A DNA stretch of 64,000 nucleotides, from contig OY282444.1 of assembly GCA_958296125.1 (NCBI GenBank), positions 1,543,940-1,607,939 on the forward strand, written 5' to 3'. The notes under the pieces were generated by a model that searched no databases, was not told the origin of the DNA, and was given only the letters and a program-made list of their open reading frames with translations. This stretch comes from an uncultured Poribacteria bacterium. GTDB lineage: Bacteria; Poribacteria; WGA-4E; PCPOR2b. Below, in pieces: positions 51,063 to 61,115 of this stretch (the first letter of the stretch is position 1; each line of letters begins with the position of its first letter). The translations under genes were made by a program, and so were the position numbers.

Positions 51063-53345
51063 TTGACAACACATTCCAGATATCCAAAAATGAAAGGAAA
51101 GATGTGTATGGATTGTCAGGCGCAGAGACGCTCCCCTTCTCAGGGGGAAGAACCTTACAAAATCTGTCTACTCCTTTGCTTATTTGTATATTTGCTCATT
51201 TTAACGCCCCGCATCGGCAGCGCAGCCCCCAGCTCCAATGAATATCAGGCGGGGGCGCACCGGACTTTTGCCAGTATCGAAATTGATGGCGATTTCAATG
51301 AGCCCGACTGGCAAAAAGCTAAACCTGTTGGGCAATTTCGTCAGGTCGAACCGGATGCGGGTGAGCCTATGACCCTGCCGACCGAAGTCCGCATTCTCTA
51401 CGATCAAGAAAATATCTACTTCGGTTTCACCTGTTTTGATTCAGACATTTCCAAGCTAGTTGCCAACGACATGCGCCGCGACGCACGTGAATTGCATGAA
51501 AACGACTACGTTTTTCTCATCCTTGATCCTTATAACGATAAACGGAGCGGCGTTGCGTTCCGTGTTAATGCGTTGGGAGCGGTGCAAGATAGCGCAATAA
51601 CCAACAGCGGAGATAGTTTCAACCGAAATTGGGATGCGGTGGTAGATTGTCAAAGTCGAATCCATTCCGACCGCTGGACATCAGAAATTTCTATTCCCTT
51701 CGGTCAACTCCGTTTCAAGGAAAGTGAAGCGATGACGTGGGGCCTGAATCTCTCACGCGGTATCCGCCGGACCAACGAGGAAGGGACATGGGCACCGGTC
51801 CCCGCATCGTATGGTGGGAGGGCGAAATACCGCACCGCCTACATGGGCAGTCTGGTGGGATTAGAAGGAATTAAGCCGAAAAGACAAATCGAGTTGCTGC
51901 CTTACGTTTTACCCGGTCTGAGTCGAACCGAAGCTGATGGAACAGATGGGGGGGTCGAGATGGGATTAGATCTCAAGTACGGAGTGACAACGAATCTCAT
52001 CGCCGATTTGACATATAACACAGATTTTGCACAGGTCGAAGCCGACGAGGAACAGGTCAATCTCACCCGCTACAGTTTGTTCTTTCCTGAGAAACGGCCG
52101 TTCTTCTTGGAGGGGGCAGGGCTTTTTGAGTTTGGCGTTCCACGCCCTAGCTTTCGTCGCCCCCCTCCGTTCCTCCTTTTCTACAGTCGTCGGATCGGCA
52201 TCGAAGATGAACATCCCATTCCAATCATCGGGGGTGGCAAGCTTACGGGAAAAATGGGGCCCTACGGCGTAGGACTGCTCAACGTGTACACCGATGAATT
52301 TCACGATAAGACAGATCCGGATGTCGATGTGCAGCGCACCAACTACTCTGTTCTAAGACTGACGCGGGACCTTTTCAGTGGCTCTCGCGTCGGGTTACTC
52401 TCCATCAACAAACAGGATTCAGATAACTACAATCGTGCCGGTGGATTTGACTTCTCGTATCGTCCAGTCGACAAACTGGAAATTCGTGGACTGTGGGCCC
52501 GGACATGGGATTCAGAGGAGGATGTCGGACAAAGGGATGCGCGGTACATCGGTTCGTATTGGCAAGGCAATCTCTTTCGATTTTCAGGTGCATACACCGA
52601 CATCGGTGATAATTTCAACCCAGAGGTTGGATACGTCCGGCACCAGGCAAGCCGTCGAGTCCGTAGTCAAACACTTTACACACCTCGACCGCGTAAATTC
52701 GGGATTCGCGAAATGCGGGTGGGACCGGAGGTAGACTATATTCTCACTCAGGAAAATGAATTGGAGACTCTTGACATCACACTCGGCGGTCGGATCGAAC
52801 TCAATAACGGTGAGCGGATAACCCTTGAAGCCAAACGCACACAAGAGCATCTTGACGAAGATTTTGATATCTACGATGATGTTATTATTCCCGATGGCCA
52901 GTACGATTTTAATTCGTTCCGCGTAATGGTCGAAACCGATGAAAGCAAGATGTTCGCCGGACAATTTGGGGTGGATGTCGGGGATTTCTTCGATGGAACG
53001 AGACGGGGTTTCGACATTGATGCCAAATTCAAACCGAATGGACGGTTTGTGGTTGAATCGCAATATCAATTCGACCGGGTTGAACTCCCTACGGGGTCTT
53101 TTAATGCAAACGTGTTGGCAAGCCGCGCTGTCTACTCCTTCTCTACCCGTCTCTTTGCAAAACTGTTCGCGCAGTGGAACAGCGCAGACGATGTGATTTC
53201 AACCAACTTCCTGATCAACTATATCTATCGACCCGGCAGCGACTTCTACCTTGTGTTTAACCAGATTTATGACGGAGATGGCGCGACGATTAATCTCTCG
53301 GAATCAACGTTTATTGGAAAAATGACGTATTGGTGGAATCCGTAA
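51063..53345 (+). CDS. CBM9-like + DUF5916 outer-membrane protein
   Basis: IDGDFNEPDW, W.SEISIPF.QLRF, NTDFAQVEAD...NL.R.SLFFPEKRPFFLEG and LFYSRRIG. The true start is probably downstream of 51063. Confidence 0.85.
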   Translation: MTTHSRYPKMKGKMCMDCQAQRRSPSQGEEPYKICLLLCLFVYLLILTPRIGSAAPSSNEYQAGAHRTFASIEIDGDFNEPDWQKAKPVGQFRQVEPDAGEPMTLPTEVRILYDQENIYFGFTCFDSDISKLVANDMRRDARELHENDYVFLILDPYNDKRSGVAFRVNALGAVQDSAITNSGDSFNRNWDAVVDCQSRIHSDRWTSEISIPFGQLRFKESEAMTWGLNLSRGIRRTNEEGTWAPVPASYGGRAKYRTAYMGSLVGLEGIKPKRQIELLPYVLPGLSRTEADGTDGGVEMGLDLKYGVTTNLIADLTYNTDFAQVEADEEQVNLTRYSLFFPEKRPFFLEGAGLFEFGVPRPSFRRPPPFLLFYSRRIGIEDEHPIPIIGGGKLTGKMGPYGVGLLNVYTDEFHDKTDPDVDVQRTNYSVLRLTRDLFSGSRVGLLSINKQDSDNYNRAGGFDFSYRPVDKLEIRGLWARTWDSEEDVGQRDARYIGSYWQGNLFRFSGAYTDIGDNFNPEVGYVRHQASRRVRSQTLYTPRPRKFGIREMRVGPEVDYILTQENELETLDITLGGRIELNNGERITLEAKRTQEHLDEDFDIYDDVIIPDGQYDFNSFRVMVETDESKMFAGQFGVDVGDFFDGTRRGFDIDAKFKPNGRFVVESQYQFDRVELPTGSFNANVLASRAVYSFSTRLFAKLFAQWNSADDVISTNFLINYIYRPGSDFYLVFNQIYDGDGATINLSESTFIGKMTYWWNP

Positions 53346-53394
53346 GGCAATCAATGAGCAATGAACGACGAGTAGAAAACGCAGGAGTTTCTTC

Positions 53395-54417
53395 ATGAAA
53401 CGATTCTTGGTTGGGTTACTTGGACTGGGATTAGCACTAAATGGACTGTTAGCGACCCCTTCGACTAGCTTTGCACAAGAGGGAAAGTGGTTGAGAAGAG
53501 CTGACATGCCTTTTCCAAGACTCTTTTTCTCAGTCAGTGCAGCCGGCGAACTGGTTTACGTCATCGGCGGTATGCTAGCAGGGCCGGTCGCGAGAGTCGA
53601 TACCTACGCCCCAGCAACTGACACATGGGCACAGAAAGCTGACATGCCAACGGCACGCGCGGGAATTGTGACTGCTGTTGTCGATGGAAAAATATATGCT
53701 ATCGGCGGCTGGAACAACGAAGCACCTGCACTTTCGACCGTCGAAGAATATAATCCGGCAACCGATACATGGACACGGAAAGCCGACATGCCAACAGCAC
53801 GCGTGTTTTTCGCGACTGCTGTTGTGAACCGAAAAATCTATGCCATTGGTGGCATCGCAACAAACTTCGGCCCGGTGGTACCGGTTGTCGAAGCATACGA
53901 TCCAGCGACTGACAGGTGGATCCAAAAAGCTGACATGCCAAATCCTCGGTCGGGAATGTCCACCGCGGTTGTGAATGGAAAAATCTACCTGTTCGGCGGC
54001 GTATCTAACGTGCAAGGTCCCGTGCTTGCGACCGTCGAAGAATACGACCCTATAACTGAAACTTGGGTGCTAAAAGCGGATATACCAACGAAAAGGACTG
54101 CCCTAGCAACCGGCGTTGTTGGAGAACAAATCTACGCGATTGGGGGCACTGCTGTCGTGCAAGGTCCGGGGCTATCCACAGTTGAAGGATATAATCCCGC
54201 TAGTAATACATGGTCGAAGGAAACGGATATGCCGACTGCGAGAGTGTTCCTGGGAGCGGGGGTTGTGGACAATAAAATCTATGTCGTTGGTGGAGTTGCA
54301 GAAGGGTTAGGACCAGCCATTCTACCTGCCACGGAGGAATTTGAGCCCGGCAGGTTGCATGTCGAAAGAAAAGAAAAGCTGCCAACGCTGTGGGCGCAAA
54401 TCAAGGGGGATATTTGA
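53395..54417 (+). CDS. Secreted Kelch-repeat protein with C-terminal KLPTLWAQIK tail
   Basis: Signal peptide and six W..KADMPT.R...VV.GKIY.IGG...VE.YDP repeats. Confidence 0.93.
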   Translation: MKRFLVGLLGLGLALNGLLATPSTSFAQEGKWLRRADMPFPRLFFSVSAAGELVYVIGGMLAGPVARVDTYAPATDTWAQKADMPTARAGIVTAVVDGKIYAIGGWNNEAPALSTVEEYNPATDTWTRKADMPTARVFFATAVVNRKIYAIGGIATNFGPVVPVVEAYDPATDRWIQKADMPNPRSGMSTAVVNGKIYLFGGVSNVQGPVLATVEEYDPITETWVLKADIPTKRTALATGVVGEQIYAIGGTAVVQGPGLSTVEGYNPASNTWSKETDMPTARVFLGAGVVDNKIYVVGGVAEGLGPAILPATEEFEPGRLHVERKEKLPTLWAQIKGDI

Positions 54418-54421
54418 GACA

Positions 54422-55030
54422 GTGATATTGAATGAGACGGCCGAGAAAACCGATGTTTTCAAGAAACGGATGACAGATCTCTTTGTCGCCCAGTTTGCTA
54501 AACCATCGGACTTAGAGGAAATTAACTTGAGTCAATTGACTCCATTTCAGCGGGTACTACTAGGCACCGATGGAACAGTTACGCGGTTCATCGAAGCCTA
54601 TACGTTCTCTCCGGTGGAAATTGTGCTACTCCACCAAGAGATGCAAACCCTACCTACGGATCATATTTGGCTCGATGCCGCAAAAGGAACGCGGGTAATT
54701 GCCCGCCAGGTGATGCTGCAAACACGGCAAGGGGTGGGTCAGCAGCTGACCATCCATACTTACGCAACCTCACTCATTGTACAGAACCGAATCCCACAGG
54801 TCATTAGGGAAGGCTTGACGATAAAGGGTAGAGGTTTAGGACAACTTGTACAGCGCAGTAGTTTAGAAACCCGCCGCGACCTGCTGTGGTGTGGTCTCGA
54901 ACGCCCGAAAGATTTGCCGAAGGCTCTCATTCATTTGGAAGGAGAGCCGTTTCTCAGCCGAGCCTATCGTATCGTCGCTGATGGACAACCCATCATGTTA
55001 ATCAACGAGCAATTCCCGCTTGACGGATAG
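54422..55030 (+). CDS. Chorismate pyruvate-lyase-like (DUF98/UbiC-like) protein
   Basis: QRVLLGTDGTVT, RQVML, YATSLI, LGQL...LETRR and RAYRI...P.MLI.E.FP. Start uncertain. Confidence 0.8.
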   Translation: MILNETAEKTDVFKKRMTDLFVAQFAKPSDLEEINLSQLTPFQRVLLGTDGTVTRFIEAYTFSPVEIVLLHQEMQTLPTDHIWLDAAKGTRVIARQVMLQTRQGVGQQLTIHTYATSLIVQNRIPQVIREGLTIKGRGLGQLVQRSSLETRRDLLWCGLERPKDLPKALIHLEGEPFLSRAYRIVADGQPIMLINEQFPLDG

Positions 55031-55260
55031 GGGCGAGATTGTGAGTCGAGTAAGGCAACAATCTCCCCGTAGAACGTCTGCAGTTATTCAACCTATTGGT
55101 TAGGCGATTCTTCCGGCCATTCGCTGCCGGTGCTAGGTGTCCCTTCACGATGCTCTAGGGCACAGCAAAGGAACACCCAAAACCGTTATCGGTGAGAGCA
55201 ATTTTTTGGTGGAGAGGTATAGTGCGGCAATTCTTCTATCCACAACTCCTCGCTGTCTCC

Positions 55261-56367
55261 CTATTGCAGCCGTCCGCGTCCCAGAAGGGGCCAAACCGTT
55301 TCGACGATGCCATCGCGGATGCCGTAAATTTCGTCGTGTAGTGCGACAGTGACATCTGAGTAGCCAATAACAAATTCAATCTTGTCACCGACACGCGGCG
55401 TTTCGCTTGGTTCGGCGAGTTCAACCTTCCCATGTTCTGCCGACAACCCCACTGATTCTACACCCGAAATTCCGATGGGAGCCGGATCTGCTGCGCCCTC
55501 ACTCATAGTCTTTCTACCGGCATCGCAGATAATCCGCGCGGGGGCAGGGCGACTAGTAACTGTAGCGAGAACTGTAAGGGCATACGGATGTTCGACACCA
55601 AACTGATGGCGGTAGATAACGTCACAGAAGATTCCGCCGCCCGCTTGAATTTCTGTGATGCCTGGCTGAAAGGCACTGATCCAGTAAGTCCCCGTCCCCC
55701 CACAACTGATGATGTCGATGGGGATCCCTTCGTTACGGCATTTCTGCGCGGTATCGGTGACGGAGGTCAGTGCATCGTCGATCAGTCGCTTTTTCTCCTC
55801 CGGATCTGGGATGCGGAGCGCCATTGATTCCCATGTAAAGAGCCCCGCAAGTTGTACCCCCTCTCTGCCGTGGATCTTGCGCGCCAAAGCGAGAGCGGGC
55901 TCTCCAGGATCTACGCCTGCCCGGTTCATACCCGTATTAATCTCAATGACAAGGCGAATACGGACCCCCTTCTCACGGGCCGCACGGTCAATGGCCTCTA
56001 CATGCTCCTCACAGTCAACGGCAACCATGACATCTGCATGTCGCCGTAAGTTGACCAGACGGGCAACCTTCTGCGGTCCAACAATTTGGTTGGCAATAAG
56101 GATGTCCTTCACACCGCCGGCAGCCATAACCTCTGCCTCGCCGAGCTTGGCACAGGTGACACCGATGGCACCTGCATCTAGGAGTTTATGGGCGAGTGCC
56201 GGGGTTTTCATTCCTTTCGTATGAGGTCGCCAATTGACCCCAGCTTCATGAATAATGGTAGATGCCATTCGGTCAATGTTACGCTCCATCGTCGGCAAAT
56301 CAATCAGGAGCACTGGCGTGTCCAGTTCTTCTTTGTGACAACCGATGAGATTTGTGTGTGCTATCAT
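55261..56367 (-). CDS. DSD1 / D-threonine aldolase-family PLP enzyme
   Basis: LDTPVLLID, RPHTK, CAKLGEAE, G.NRAG, GGTGT, EIQAG and SAEHG. Confidence 0.92.
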   Translation of the reverse strand: MIAHTNLIGCHKEELDTPVLLIDLPTMERNIDRMASTIIHEAGVNWRPHTKGMKTPALAHKLLDAGAIGVTCAKLGEAEVMAAGGVKDILIANQIVGPQKVARLVNLRRHADVMVAVDCEEHVEAIDRAAREKGVRIRLVIEINTGMNRAGVDPGEPALALARKIHGREGVQLAGLFTWESMALRIPDPEEKKRLIDDALTSVTDTAQKCRNEGIPIDIISCGGTGTYWISAFQPGITEIQAGGGIFCDVIYRHQFGVEHPYALTVLATVTSRPAPARIICDAGRKTMSEGAADPAPIGISGVESVGLSAEHGKVELAEPSETPRVGDKIEFVIGYSDVTVALHDEIYGIRDGIVETVWPLLGRGRLQ

Positions 56368-56500
56368 AATAAACCCGCGGTCTTCACCCCTGAATAATCG
56401 AGGTGAGGCTTGCGGACTCCTTTCTGTTTAATACTCGTCCCCAAAAGCAAAGTTCCGTGTTTATTTTTTTATATGAACCGGAAATTTTCCTCTAATCTGT

Positions 56501-56629
56501 TAGGAGTTACGCACTTCAGTTCGTAGTCGCGCGTCCATTGCGCGTCCGGATGGGCACTTCATCGCCGAACTACCCCCTGATAAGGGGGGCAGGGGAGTTG
56601 GCTTCGAGCATTCAACTGCGTAAGTCCTA
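56501..56629. mobile_element. 129-bp MITE with 13-bp terminal inverted repeats and 5-bp target-site duplication
   Basis: TAGGAGTTACGCA ... TGCGTAAGTCCTA (1 mismatch), flanked by TCTGT at 56496-56500 and 56630-56634. Confidence 0.85.
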
Positions 56630-56642
56630 TCTGTAATCGGGG

Positions 56643-58634
56643 TTACGTTTCACGCTTCATGCCGGCTTCAAGCGTTTCGATAATTGTATCTACATCGTAG
56701 ACGCAGCCGCCCCATGTCCCCCCACCGACGCTCTGGAGTGCCGCCCACAGGCGTGTATCGTCCGGCAGCATCTCGTCAGGGGCAAGGTCCGGACGTGGGA
56801 ATCTTTCCGCTAAAATCTGCGTGCCCGCCTCAGCACCGAAGGTCCGGTCCCCGTGACCGACCAAATCAATGCTCCCTTCAAGCCGATTCCGATCAACGCG
56901 GATCTGGATTTGATCGCCATCAATCAGCTTGCCGATGGGCCCACCCGCCAACGCTTCCGGACCAACATGTCCGATACACGCACCGGTTGATACGCCGGAA
57001 AACCGCGCGTCGGTGATTAAGACGACATGCTTACCAAACGAAAGATGCTTGAGCGCGGCAGTGATCTGGTAGACCTCCTCCATACCAGACCCCATCGGAC
57101 CGCGGGAGCAAAGCACCATGACCTCTCCCGGCTTAATCTGGTCGTCACCGTGACTTTTGAGTGATCGAATCGCGTCGCGCTCACGCACAAACACACGCGC
57201 CTGCCCGGTCATACGGTAGATACCATCCTCATCAACAACACTGGGATCAATCGCGGTACTTTTGATAACAGAACCTTCCGGCGCGAGATTCCCACGCGGA
57301 AAGGTGACCGTGCTGGTCAACCCACGCGCTTTTGCGGCCTCCGGGGTCATAATCACATCGTTCGGATCGATCCCATCGCGCTCCATCAAGAGATCTCGCA
57401 CACGCTGACGGCGTTCCGACTTCTCCCACCAATCGAGGTTCCGCCCAAGGGGTTCGCCTGAAGCGGTGATAACATCTTCGTTCAGCAAATCTAACGCCCG
57501 TAAATGTAGCATCACTTCAGGAACACCACCTGCCAGAAAGACGCGGACCGTCGGATGGCCGACTGGACCATTAGGTAAAACATCAACGAGACGGGGCACA
57601 CGCCAATTGATCTCGATCCAATCCTCAATAGCTGGGCGCTCGAGTTTCGCCGCATGTGCGATGGCAGGGATATGCAGAAGCAGGTTCGTCGAACCCCCGC
57701 AGGCAGCGTGGACAACCATCGCATTGCGAACCGCTTCATCTGTCAAAATATCACCCATCTTGAGCCCTTTTGCGTCAAGGTTGACCAAGGCACGGGCGGA
57801 TCGCTTTGCCATATCCGACCAGATCGGTTGACCCGATGGCGCAAGTCCGGAGTGCGGTAGCGTCATCCCTAGTCCTTCTGCAACAACTTGTGATGTTCCA
57901 GCGGTCCCAAGAAATTGGCATCCGCCTCCCGGACTTGCACAAGCTTTGCACCCAAGGTCAGCGGCATCCTGCAAGGAAAGCTCACCGTGTGCAAAACGGG
58001 CACCGATGGACTGAATCTTGCCCGCGTCTTCACCTTCGGTGGGCGGCAACGTGACACCGCCGGGGACTAATACACACGGCAGGTCACGCATGGCAGCGAT
58101 CGCGATCATCGCTGCGGGCAGCCCTTTGTCGCACGTTGCAACCATCATCACCCCTTTGCGCGTCGGCAACGACCGGATCAAGCGCCGGAAAATCATCGCG
58201 GCATCGTTACGATAGGCAAGACTGTCCATCATGCCGGGGGTGCCCTGCGTCCGTCCGTCGCACGGATCCGAACAGAATCCAGCGAATGGGATCGTGCCAA
58301 GTGCCTTGAATTCGTGAGCGGCAGCCTGCATCAACAAGCCAACCTCCCAATGCCCGGTGTGGTAGCCAAGTGCAATCGGACTCCCGTCCGGCGCACGGAT
58401 ACCCCCTTGTGTGCTTAGGATGAGGAACTCGCTCCGATTGAGTTCACCGGGTGCCCATCCCATGCCCGTATTATGGCTCCAGCCAAAGACATCCCCACTC
58501 GGCAAATTGAGCAGCATCTCCGATGTTAGCGGTAGGCTGCCCTCAGGACCGGGCGAATGGGTTTCCAACTCGTAAATTGTGGAATCGTTAGAATCCAGAA
58601 GTTCGTCGAAATCAACAGTTTTTGTAGAAGCCAT
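56643..58634 (-). CDS. yagF: YjhG/YagF-family D-xylonate dehydratase (IlvD/Edd superfamily)
   Basis: [43 protein letters not shown] and TDARFSG. Confidence 0.88.
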   Translation of the reverse strand: MASTKTVDFDELLDSNDSTIYELETHSPGPEGSLPLTSEMLLNLPSGDVFGWSHNTGMGWAPGELNRSEFLILSTQGGIRAPDGSPIALGYHTGHWEVGLLMQAAAHEFKALGTIPFAGFCSDPCDGRTQGTPGMMDSLAYRNDAAMIFRRLIRSLPTRKGVMMVATCDKGLPAAMIAIAAMRDLPCVLVPGGVTLPPTEGEDAGKIQSIGARFAHGELSLQDAADLGCKACASPGGGCQFLGTAGTSQVVAEGLGMTLPHSGLAPSGQPIWSDMAKRSARALVNLDAKGLKMGDILTDEAVRNAMVVHAACGGSTNLLLHIPAIAHAAKLERPAIEDWIEINWRVPRLVDVLPNGPVGHPTVRVFLAGGVPEVMLHLRALDLLNEDVITASGEPLGRNLDWWEKSERRQRVRDLLMERDGIDPNDVIMTPEAAKARGLTSTVTFPRGNLAPEGSVIKSTAIDPSVVDEDGIYRMTGQARVFVRERDAIRSLKSHGDDQIKPGEVMVLCSRGPMGSGMEEVYQITAALKHLSFGKHVVLITDARFSGVSTGACIGHVGPEALAGGPIGKLIDGDQIQIRVDRNRLEGSIDLVGHGDRTFGAEAGTQILAERFPRPDLAPDEMLPDDTRLWAALQSVGGGTWGGCVYDVDTIIETLEAGMKRET

Positions 58635-58687
58635 ATCATACCTACTTTCGTATCAAAAAAGGGAAGCGTGCCATCCCGTTTCACGCA

Positions 58688-59419
58688 TCACAGCGGTTTA
58701 CCACGCAACGCCTGCCGACACTGCATCAGGCCATTGCCGGTGACGTTATACGCAAAGGTGTTCATCCGTCGAGGCAGATTAGAGGTGTTGGCGGCAGAAC
58801 CGTGAATAATTAGGGCGTTAAAAAAGACACCATCGCCCGGCTCCATCTCCACTCGGACAGCATCCTCACGTTCATGGTAGTGCCCCGGCAAGAATACGCC
58901 AAATGTCTGCTGACGCTTTTGGTGCGTCTGCAAACCCCACTTATGGCTGCCAGGGACAAATTGGATGCAGCCATTTTCCCGTGTTGTGGCATCAATTGCG
59001 AGTTGGCAGTTTACCATCAACGGGCGGTTATTGTCCCGATTCCAATAGGCATAATCTTGATGCCACGGAATCGCCGTGCCATCTTTGGCATCTTTGGGAA
59101 GCAGCTTGCTATGATACAGTGAGATGTTGGGACCAATCAGTTGTTCGAGAATATCCAACATTGCATCTGAACGCAAGATTTTGTTCAAGGTTGGGCTTAT
59201 TAACTCACTGTTCATCAGCTGCTTAAGGCGTGGGGGTAGGGCAGGGTCATCGAATTCTTCCCACGAAAGACCGAGCCCCTCGATCGGTTGTTCCGCCATG
59301 CGATTGTGGATATCTTTAATATCTTCGCGGATCTTTTCTATCTCTTTAGGCGAAGCAACGGCTTTTTTCAGGATAAAACCGTTCTCATCATAAGATCGCT
59401 TTTCTTCGGAGGTGAGCAT
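58688..59419 (-). CDS. PhyH-family dioxygenase (canonical WHQD)
   Basis: YDENGF, PWHQD, NGCIQFVPGSH and PGD.VFF...IHGS..N. Start set at MLTSEE after AAAGGA. Confidence 0.92.
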   Translation of the reverse strand: MLTSEEKRSYDENGFILKKAVASPKEIEKIREDIKDIHNRMAEQPIEGLGLSWEEFDDPALPPRLKQLMNSELISPTLNKILRSDAMLDILEQLIGPNISLYHSKLLPKDAKDGTAIPWHQDYAYWNRDNNRPLMVNCQLAIDATTRENGCIQFVPGSHKWGLQTHQKRQQTFGVFLPGHYHEREDAVRVEMEPGDGVFFNALIIHGSAANTSNLPRRMNTFAYNVTGNGLMQCRQALRGKPL

Positions 59420-59451
59420 CAAGTCCATTCCTTTCATAGTAACTTTGAGAT

Positions 59452-60846
59452 TTAGGCAAACCGAAGATAGATGGCATAGATTGCCAGCCCGATCATCGCA
59501 AGGAAGCAGATCCAAAGCGTGGCATCGGACTTCCCTCCCGGCGCGATGCGGCGGTCGGTGCGGAAATATCTCAGGTAGATTGTATTGCCTGCGACAAGCG
59601 GCATCATCATCGCTCCAACCGTGCCACTGATAGTGAGCATCCAGACCGGATTCTTAATAAAGAAATAACACACCGATTGGATAGCTGGTGCGGCCACTGC
59701 CCAGATTTGTCGGACGTGGATTCTCGCTTTGTAGTCGTTGGGGTCAATTACGCCAATGACACCCATTACGTCGGCGACCATTCGTGAACCACCGCCGAGC
59801 CCCGAAACCACCGTTGAAAAAAGTACAAAGAATCCCCCGACCATGAACAGCCACCATGCCCATTGACCTAACGTCTGCGTGTACATGTTAGACAGTATAC
59901 TAATAGTATCTAATCCATCGGGCATCTGCCCCATGCGATTCAGTACACCGGCACCCAGCATGTAAAAAGGAATCGTTGCAAAAGTCAGGACAAGTAAGGT
60001 CAGCACCACATCGGTCTGCATGACGCGAATCCAGCCACGCGCACGGTTTACCCAATCTTCGCTTGCGTCGGCCGGCCCGGTGAAACGAGCGTAGCCTTTT
60101 TCGGTGCACCAGTAAGTATACGCCATCGACTCGCCGGCGTTGACACCGGTGCCACCATAAGCCGCCAATGCGGCTGCGATTGCAAAGGCGGGGAAATCAA
60201 ATCGCAGCCCTGCCCCCACATCTGACCATGTGATGGCAAATTCTGTGAACTGTAGCAAAATCGCACATGCCAACGTGATGAAAGTGAAGGTTACGACCAT
60301 AAAGGTCAATAACTTTTCGAGGAAGCGATAGGTACCGCTCAGAATCAACGCCGCTGTCACTACGGCGACGATAATTGTCCACCATCTTGAATCCAGAAAC
60401 GGCATCATCATGCTCATCGCCTGTCCTGCACCCCCATAAATTCCGCCACCGCCCATGAGACCGGGAATCTGTTGAAGGAACCATAGCAAAATAAACCAAG
60501 AAATTTTGCTGCGGAAAAAGGGAATTTTGCCGGGGATGTCATTGAAAGCAGAGAGGGCAGTTTGGCCCGATGAGACCGCGTAACGTCCTAGCTCCGCCTG
60601 TACAATGCTCTTGCCCCAGCAACTGAGTAGCATCCACCAGAGCATCACAAAACCGACCGTTGCGCCGAGCGTTGTCGTAAGAATAATCTCCCCCGACCCA
60701 ACCACGGAGCCCACGAGAATCAAGCCCCGTCCGAGAAACTTGACCGTATTCCAAAAACTGGCGGGAGGCTCTTGGATATATTCGCTCCGAAGGGCATACG
60801 GATTGTCGGTGTCCCTCTTTGCGTTTGTATCTTCGTTTTCTGCCAT
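59452..60846 (-). CDS. Nramp-like/APC-superfamily membrane transporter
   Basis: G.GLIL.GSVVGSGE, about 11 hydrophobic segments, and YTYW..EKGY. Confidence 0.82.
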   Translation of the reverse strand: MAENEDTNAKRDTDNPYALRSEYIQEPPASFWNTVKFLGRGLILVGSVVGSGEIILTTTLGATVGFVMLWWMLLSCWGKSIVQAELGRYAVSSGQTALSAFNDIPGKIPFFRSKISWFILLWFLQQIPGLMGGGGIYGGAGQAMSMMMPFLDSRWWTIIVAVVTAALILSGTYRFLEKLLTFMVVTFTFITLACAILLQFTEFAITWSDVGAGLRFDFPAFAIAAALAAYGGTGVNAGESMAYTYWCTEKGYARFTGPADASEDWVNRARGWIRVMQTDVVLTLLVLTFATIPFYMLGAGVLNRMGQMPDGLDTISILSNMYTQTLGQWAWWLFMVGGFFVLFSTVVSGLGGGSRMVADVMGVIGVIDPNDYKARIHVRQIWAVAAPAIQSVCYFFIKNPVWMLTISGTVGAMMMPLVAGNTIYLRYFRTDRRIAPGGKSDATLWICFLAMIGLAIYAIYLRFA

Positions 60847-60864
60847 AAATAATTCCTTTCAATA

Positions 60865-61097
60865 TCAGGATTTCGGTCCCAACCCGGCTTGTTTGCACAA
60901 CTGATTAGCGGTTATCCAATCGGGATTTCTCGATTCTGCTGATGATATGCCATTACCATTTCATGCAGTGCATCTTGAAGTATTTCCCGACAATCTTCCC
61001 AAGTGCTTCCTTCGGTGAGTACTTCTGGCCATTCGATTAACTGTTCCATGTACCCGGAATCTATTTTTGTATATTTTACGGTATAGGTCATCAACAT
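60865..61097 (-). pseudogene. hicB: Truncated hicB antitoxin followed by a hicA C-terminal remnant
   Basis: YTVKYTKIDSGYM.QLIEWPEVLTEG.T.EDCR..LQDAL.EM...Y...IP is HicB-like and stops at 60912. An overlapping frame reads ITANQLCKQAGLGPKS* (60915-60865), which resembles a HicA C-terminus. Confidence 0.7.
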
Positions 61098-61115
61098 TTC
61101 ATCAACCTCTTTCAA

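Noticed and set aside
53480..54340. Regularly spaced GCTGACATGCCAAC-like repeats as a CRISPR or ncRNA array
   Set aside because: They are explained by the Kelch blades of the encoded protein.
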